Source: Stegostoma tigrinum
Lineage: Eukaryota
Assembly (NCBI RefSeq): GCF_030684315.1
Contig: NW_026728269.1
Location: 62,001 to 126,000 of the forward strand
DNA length: 64,000 nt
Direction of reading: 5' to 3'
Both the position numbers and the translations under genes were made by a program. Below, one piece after another: positions 57,501-64,000 of the stretch. Numbering within the stretch: the stretch's first letter is position 1; the number at the start of each line of letters is the position of its first letter. The notes beneath the pieces are model-generated. The model did not search any database. It was not told where the DNA came from and was given only the letters and a program-made list of their open reading frames with translations.

Positions 57501-57558
57501 CTTATATTGGGCCTGGCAGGGCGGTGGCCTTGGTAATGATTCAATGCCTGTTTTGCAT
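57501..57558 (-). promoter_or_regulatory. Ig-type promoter: octamer-like motif and TATA-like box
   Basis: ATGCAAAA (7/8 match to ATGCAAAT, 57558-57551) about 45 nt upstream of AATATAAG (57508-57501), which is about 30 nt upstream of the leader start. Confidence 0.55.
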
Positions 57559-58179
57559 AATATTCAAACCCATCCACTCGGGTGGTGCCGAGAATGTAAA
57601 TGGTAAATGATTGGTCCAGCGGTTCCCTATGGTGGTATCGTCTTCGGTGGAGGAAGTCTGGGCTGAGAAATGTAGGGGCAATGGGAGACTGCTTGGTCAT
57701 CATAGTCTGGGCCCAGCGTTCATCATGGCCCCCTCTCCCCTTGAGAACGTGGCGGTGAGCTGCCTCCTTGAGCCGTTGCAGCCCATGTGCTGTAGGGTGG
57801 GCCCACAACGTCCCTTAGGGAGGGAATTCCAGAGATTCGGACCCGGCTGCACCGAAGGAATGGTGATATGTTCAACATTTCAGTCCCCAACCGGAGGCAA
57901 TCTGACCATCGCCCCCTTGCCGTTCAGTGGTGTTACCATTGCCGAATCCCCCTCCCTTCCCACCCCGAGGGGTCCCCATTGACCAGAAACTGAGCCGGAC
58001 CCAGTCCCACGTAAACACAGGGGGGCTACAGGAGCAGGTCAGAGGCTGGGAATCCTGCAGCGAGTAACTCCCGTCCTGACTAAACCCCCCCGCCCCCCGC
58101 CAATGCCTATCCCACCAAGGGCAGGAGTCTGATGGGGGCAGTTCCAACAACACTCGAGAAACTGGACCCCATTGGTTTT

Positions 58180-59570
58180 GTTTGTTATTTATCTCAAAGA
58201 TTTGGATGAGAATAGAGGAGGGGACAGTTGTAAGTTTGCGGATGGTGGTAGAATGAAGAAGGCTATCTAAGATTACAAAGAGATCTTGATCCATTGGATC
58301 AATGGGCTGAAGATTGCCAGATGGAGTTCAATCTGGCTAACCACGAGGTGGTGCATTTTGGTAAATTAATAGTAGGGCCCTGGGCGGCGCCGTAGGGGAC
58401 GGGGGGCACCAGGCGGCGCCGCAGAGGATGGGAGGGGGGGGTGGCCGGGGCAGCACCGCAGGGGACGGGGTGGGGGCGCTGGGCGGCACTGTAGGGGACG
58501 GGGGTGACCTGGGGGTGCAGGTAGGTGACTGTTTGAAGTCTGTGTCACAGGGAGACGGGGGGGGGGGTGTGGGGGTAAGGAGGTGTTTAACACACTTTCC
58601 CTCCATCGCTCAGACCCTGTGAGTGTGGGAGCTGGGGACGTCACCTTGAGGTTGTACAGGGAAGTTGGTGAGGCCTCTCCTGGAGAACTGTGTCCCGTTC
58701 TGGTCGTTCCCCCCACCCCCCCCCCCCCCCCGTTACAGGAAGGATATGATTAAACTGGAGAGGGATCGGGAGAGATTTACCAGGATGTTGCCGGGAATGG
58801 GAGGGTTTGAGCTACAGGGAGAGGCTGGGACTGTTTTCCCCGGAGCATCAGTGGCCGAGGGGGGGACCTTATAGAGGTTTATAGAATAATGGCTAGGGCA
58901 AATAGACAAGGTCCTTTCCCCAGGGTAGGGGGACCCAAACGAAGAGGGGCATGGAGAAGGGAAAAGGTCTAAAGTGGACATGAGGGATAACTTTTATGGA
59001 CAGGGGGTGGTCCGTGCGTGAAATCAGGCTGGTACACTTGCGATTTTGAAAAGGCATCCCAGTGGGGATGTGAATAGGAAGGGTTTCGAGTGATTGGTGC
59101 CTAATGCTGGCAGATGAGACAGGGTGAGTTTGGGGATGGCATGCACAAGTTGGGCCGAAGGGTTTGCTTCTGTGCTGTGCAGAGAGATGCCAAATTCCCA
59201 CCTGCTTTCCCCAAAGCGTCGGGGGTGACCTTATAGAGGTTTATAAAATAATGCAGGGGATGGACAGGGTGAACGGCAGGTGTATTTTCCCCAGGGGCAC
59301 ACATTTAAGGTGAGAGGAGAGAGATTTAAGGACATAAGAGGTGAGTTTTTTTTTACACAGAGTACGGTCCGCGTGTGGAATGAGCTTCCAGAGGAAGTGG
59401 TGGGTGTGGGCACAGTTACAATGTGTAAAAGACATTTGGATAAGTACATGGATAGGGAAAGGTTTGGAGGGACATGGGTCAGCAGCAGGCAGGTGGGGGC
59501 TAGGTTAGTTTGGGATTGTGGGTCAGCACGGACTGGTTGGGCCGAAGGGTCTGTTTCCGCGCTGCATGAC
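58180..59570 (+). mobile_element. Cluster of diverged CR1 fragments
   Basis: VRPLLENCVPFWS...RFTRMLPGM; [18 protein letters not shown]. Confidence 0.75.
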
Positions 59571-59979
59571 CATCCAGGACACAGCAACCCCACTTCTCTG
59601 TGTGAAATCTGAATTGTTTGGATTTCCTTGTGCACTTAGTTCTGCGTACCACTCCTCAGGGAAATAATCCTGGGAGAGGTGAGAGGCAGGGGCACGAGAC
59701 TAGATTCCAATCAACAGAAACAATCTCCAAGGACGCATCTTGCAGAGGAAGCTGTTGTTCTGTTGAGAATTTGGGAGAAATGCTGTGTTCCCCACCCCCT
59801 GGCCCAGAGGGAGTTGAGAACAGCGACCTGTCTGGGTATTGGTGGGTTCAAGTGATGGGGGCAGATTGACGTGGAGCAAGAGGGGAGCAAACTGAAGTGG
59901 AGCAGGAACTGATTAGTTGGGCAGAATGGCCTCTTTCTGTGCTGTGTGAAAGGTGATTACACAACTTGGTAATAGTGGA

Positions 59980-60480
59980 TCCCCTCTCTCTCCTACTGCT
60001 GACTGTCTTTGTCTGTCCTCTCTCATTCCCTTTGTCTCTTCTCTATCTTGTTCCCCATTCTCTCTCTCTCTCTCTACCCATTCATTCTCCAATCTCTCTC
60101 TCTCTGTTTTGTTGCTGTCTCTCTCCCCCATCTTATTCTCTCTGGTCTCGCCATCTCTTTCTCCGCCACTTGTTTATCTGTTTCTTTGCTGTCTCTCTCT
60201 CTTCTGTTGCTAAATCACCCTCTCGTCCCTTCATCTCCCTTTCCTCTTTCCCTCCAACTCCTTGATCTCCCTCTCTCCTTCTCACTCCCATCTCCCCGTC
60301 CTCTCCATCTCCTCTGTGGCCAAAAATCTGTCCTTGGTCTCTCTCTCTCTCTCTCTTTCGACCTCCTCTCTCCCATTTCTACCTGTCTCGTTCTCTCCCA
60401 ACTCTCTCTCCCCACTCTGTTTCTAAATCACTCTCCCTCTCTGTATCTTTCCCCTCTCTCTCTCCCTTGCTCTCTCAGTG
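59980..60480. repeat. Pyrimidine-rich (TC)n-like low complexity
   Basis: Degenerate CT repeats. Confidence 0.85.
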
Positions 60481-62159
60481 CCTCATTCCATTTTGTCAGG
60501 CCTATGGATCTGATCGCTGGGAAATCTGTGTGGAAGTGTTGGGGGCGGTGACTGAAATTGAGAATATTGCAAGCACATTTTGAGGTGCATTGGAGCCTGG
60601 AATGGCGCACCACTGGGGAAGGAAGTGGGATCTTGCTGTACCAAACAAATTGGGGACAGACATTCAACAGCTGCGATCATTTTATTAATGTCATATGTTT
60701 CTAAGCTTAATCATACGATTGCAGGCCAATGATGCGAGGCTCCTGGGTGAACCCCCAGTCCTTTTCATATTTCCCAGATGCTCTCATCTTCCTTCTTGGG
60801 ACTTCCCCACTCAAGTCCATTCCTTTCCCGACATTAACTAATTGGATGCTTGCAGTCACATGGAAACAGACCCTTCGCTCTGAGCCTTCCCTGTCCACGT
60901 ACGTTTCCAAATGTCTTTTAAACGTTCCTAGCCGTGCCCTTCGGCCCAACCCGTCCATTTTCCCAAACTAAACCGGTGCCCACCAGCCTGCCTGCTCCCG
61001 GCCCATATCGCTGCAAACCTTTCCCATCCCTCTTTTTCTGATGAAGGGTCTCAGCTTTTGTGCTCCTGAGATGCTGCTCGGCCTGCTGTGTTCATCCAGC
61101 CCCACACTTTGCTGGCCTGTACCTATCCTGGTGTCGTTTGAATGTCGTGCCAGCCTCAGCGCTCCCTCTGGCAGCTCACTCCACACACACATGCACCGCC
61201 TCCTGTGTGAAAATACTTTGCCCCCCCCGTGTCCTTTTCAAACCCTTCTCTCATCTTAAAGGTATGCCCCCTCGCCTTGAAAATCCCCCACCCTAGGGTA
61301 AAGACCATTCATCTTCATGATTTTACAAACCAAGATCTATGATTATTGGAAAGATTAAAGATTGATGGAATAATTAAAGGGAGATTCACAAATTAAGTGT
61401 GGCGTGAAATCTTTGGCGTAGAGGCCCTTGAATGTACAGATTCGGTTTTGTCCAATTTGTCAAGGGCACTTTCACGAAATCTTTCCCCAGGCTCTCGAAC
61501 TACTGTCGGCCATGTTCTGCTACTGATGCTATGTGTAGCTGGAAGCAATTTTGCCCTGCTCCATCATGGGCGTCCCATACAGCAGCGAGGGCGCAGCGGG
61601 GATTAACCAGGACGTTGCCTTGGGCTGGAGAAATTTACCGGGATGTTGCCCAGTGGGGCTGGCGAGAGGAGACATGGTTGAGGATGTACCAAAAAAAAGA
61701 TGAGGGACAGAAATCCGGTAGGCAGGAGGGGTCAGTGACAGGTCTGAAGGTAAAGGGGGCAGGAGGTTGACGGGGCTGTGCATCCTCGACGAGCGACACC
61801 GTCTCTTAGCGTGTCACAGACCGGCAGTGTGAAAGGGCAGACTGGGTGGGAGTGTGTGTGTATGGATAGGACGAAGTGATGACAGAAAGGTGGCAGGCTG
61901 AGGAGAACAGCGAGGCCAGCTATTTACAATGTGACCACCAGTAGGTGGGCAGTTACTGTCAGATCCGCCTTTGTGGGTAGCAGGAAACACCTTTGTGCTG
62001 GCTTGCAAACAGAGAGCTTGCAGCTGGTCCTCACCCTCAATGTTACACTAGGTTCACCAACCCGGGGGGCAAACTGTGGGTGACGGATTACGTGTCAGAT
62101 GCTGAAGGGGGCTGTGACCCCTCCTCGGAGAGCGGAACGTCGTTCCCAACGTTGAACAG

Positions 62160-63240
62160 TCTGCCGCACAGCGGGGAAACAGTCCGTGCCAACCCGCTTT
62201 TCCCAAACTAAACCAGTCCCACACCTGCCTGCTCCACATCCTCCTGCACACCTTTCCCATTCACGTACCGACCCGAATGTCTTTTAAATGTTGTACCAGC
62301 CCCCACCACTTCCTCCGGCAGCTCGCTCCACTCTCTGTGTGAACACGTTGCCCCTAAGGTCCCTCTTAAATCTTTCCCCTCTCAGCTTAAACCTGTGTCC
62401 CTCTAGATTGGGACTCCTAATGCCCCTCATTATTTTATAAACCTGTATAAGGTCACCCATCGCCCCCCCCCCCCACCAACGCTCCGGGGAAAACAGTCCC
62501 AACCTCTCCCTAAATCTCAAACCCTCCGTTCCCAGCAACGTCCTGGTAAATCTCTCCCGATCCTTCTCCAGTTTAATCATATCCTTCCTGTAACGGGGGT
62601 GGGGGGGGGAGGACCAGAACGGGACACAGTTCTCCAGGAAAGGCCTCTCCAACGTCCCTGTACAACCTCAACATGACGTCCCCAGCTCCCACACTCACAG
62701 GGTCTGAGTGATGGAGGGAAAGTGTGTTAAACACCTCCCTACCCGCCCTGTCTCCCTGTGACACAGACTTCAAACAGTTACCTATCTGCACCCCCGGGTC
62801 CCTCTGTCCCCTACAGCACCGCCCGGGTCCCCCTGTCCCCTACAAGACCTGGTGCCCTGCCATTAACTGTATTAGTCTCGTCTTTGTTTGTTTTAACAAA
62901 CTGTAACGCCTCGTATTTATTGAAATTAAACTCCATCTGCCCCCCCTCAGCCCCTTGACCCAGTCGATCCAGATCTCTCTGTAATCCTGGACATTCTTCG
63001 CTGTCCACAACGCCACTGATCCTGGCTCCAGCCGCAAACCTCCTGACCGTGCCTCCTCTATTCTCACCCAGATCGTTTGTATCAATGAGAAACAACCCAG
63101 CCCCGACCCCTGAGGCACACAGGCTGGTCACAGGTGCCACTCCGCCCCCCACCCCCCACCCCCGTCTGTCTCCTACCGTCTGGGGCAATTTCTTTATCCC
63201 CTGGGCAAAAGCTTTCCCCAAATCCCACGGGATCTCACTT
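62160..63240 (-). mobile_element. Diverged CR1 fragment
   Basis: PQGSGLG, LQRDLDRLGQ..QMEFN, RPFLENCVPFWS, GDLIQVYKIMRG, VFTQRV. Confidence 0.8.
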
Positions 63241-63696
63241 TACTCACGATTTACCGACTGTCCTTAGAGATGGAAGCGGTTGTCGATGTTGACAACGCTA
63301 CCTGAGGAACTTGATGCAATATCTACTGAAATCTGAAAGGTTACTCGATGTTGATAGTGGGGTGGGGTGCGGCGGGGGGTTCAGTGATGGTAACACCATT
63401 GAATGTCAAGATAGTTAGAGTCTCTCTTATTGGCGATGAGCACAGCCTGACATTTGTCAGAACCGAGCCTGGATATTTCCCTCAGTACACGAGGAGTCGC
63501 GAATGTTAGCAGAACATTGTGTAACTATCTGCGAACATCCCCAGTTCTGACCTTACGCTGGAGGGAAGGTCATTGATAAAGCAGCTGAAGATGGTTGGGG
63601 GCTGAGGACACCAGCCTGAGGGATTCCTGCAGAGATGTCCTGGGGCTGAAACGGTAGAAACGTCCCCAAGGCCAAGAAAAAGTAAAACAGCCATCA

Positions 63697-64000
63697 CCTA
63701 CGTCCGTGACACCACCCACGCCCTCCACCTCCTCCAGGACTTCTAATTCCCTGGCCCCCAACACCTCATCTTCACCATGGACGTCCAGTCCCTATACACC
63801 TGCATTCCACATGCAGATGGCCTCAAGGCCCTCCGCTTCTTCCTGTCCTGCAGGCCCGACCAGTCCCCCTCCACCGACATCCTCATCCGCCTAGCTGAAC
63901 TCGTCCTCACCCTCAACAACTCTTTTGACTCCTCCCACTTCCTACAGACTAAGGGGGTGGCCATGGGCACCCGCATGGGCCCCAGCTATGCCTACCTCTT
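63697..64000 (+). mobile_element. Penelope-like element RT region, runs off window
   Basis: FTMDVQSLYTCIPHADG...[13 protein letters not shown]; last ~60 nt match 35785-35848. Confidence 0.9.

Noticed and set aside
60500-60690. Exon-like segment after a long pyrimidine tract (AYGSDRWEICVEVLG...)
   Set aside because: Short, stops quickly, no recognisable homology or partner exons.
63640-63697. Leader-like MAVLLFLGLG on the minus strand
   Set aside because: No phase-1 donor, wedged between repeats, and a better leader exists at 57419-57470.

Overview
Vertebrate genomic DNA, most likely from a cartilaginous fish. That assignment is inferred from the repeat repertoire (HE1/V-SINE-like and Deu-SINE-like elements, CR1 LINEs, Penelope-like elements) and from a shark-type Ig light-chain V domain. 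Most of the window is the minus-strand importin-4 gene (IPO4). I traced 28 phase-consistent coding exons from the ATG at 52242 down to 1098 (1013 codons); the last exons lie off the left edge. Intron 26 is a U12 (minor spliceosome) intron. IPO4 intron 24 hosts a two-exon, 337-aa GPR160-like multi-TM gene on the opposite strand (8909-9050 + 13689-14560), whose stop codon appears to come from an old Penelope element. Upstream of IPO4, beyond three CTCF-like motifs and a palindromic Penelope insertion, lies a germline-joined VJ immunoglobulin light-chain-like gene. It has an octamer/TATA promoter, a leader exon that starts with ACG instead of ATG, an RSS-free VJ exon, and only the second half of a C1 domain. 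The rest is young Penelope-like elements with minimal hammerhead ribozymes and target-site duplications, CR1/SINE fragments, several minisatellites and one assembly gap. All family assignments come from motif recognition by eye; no searches were run.
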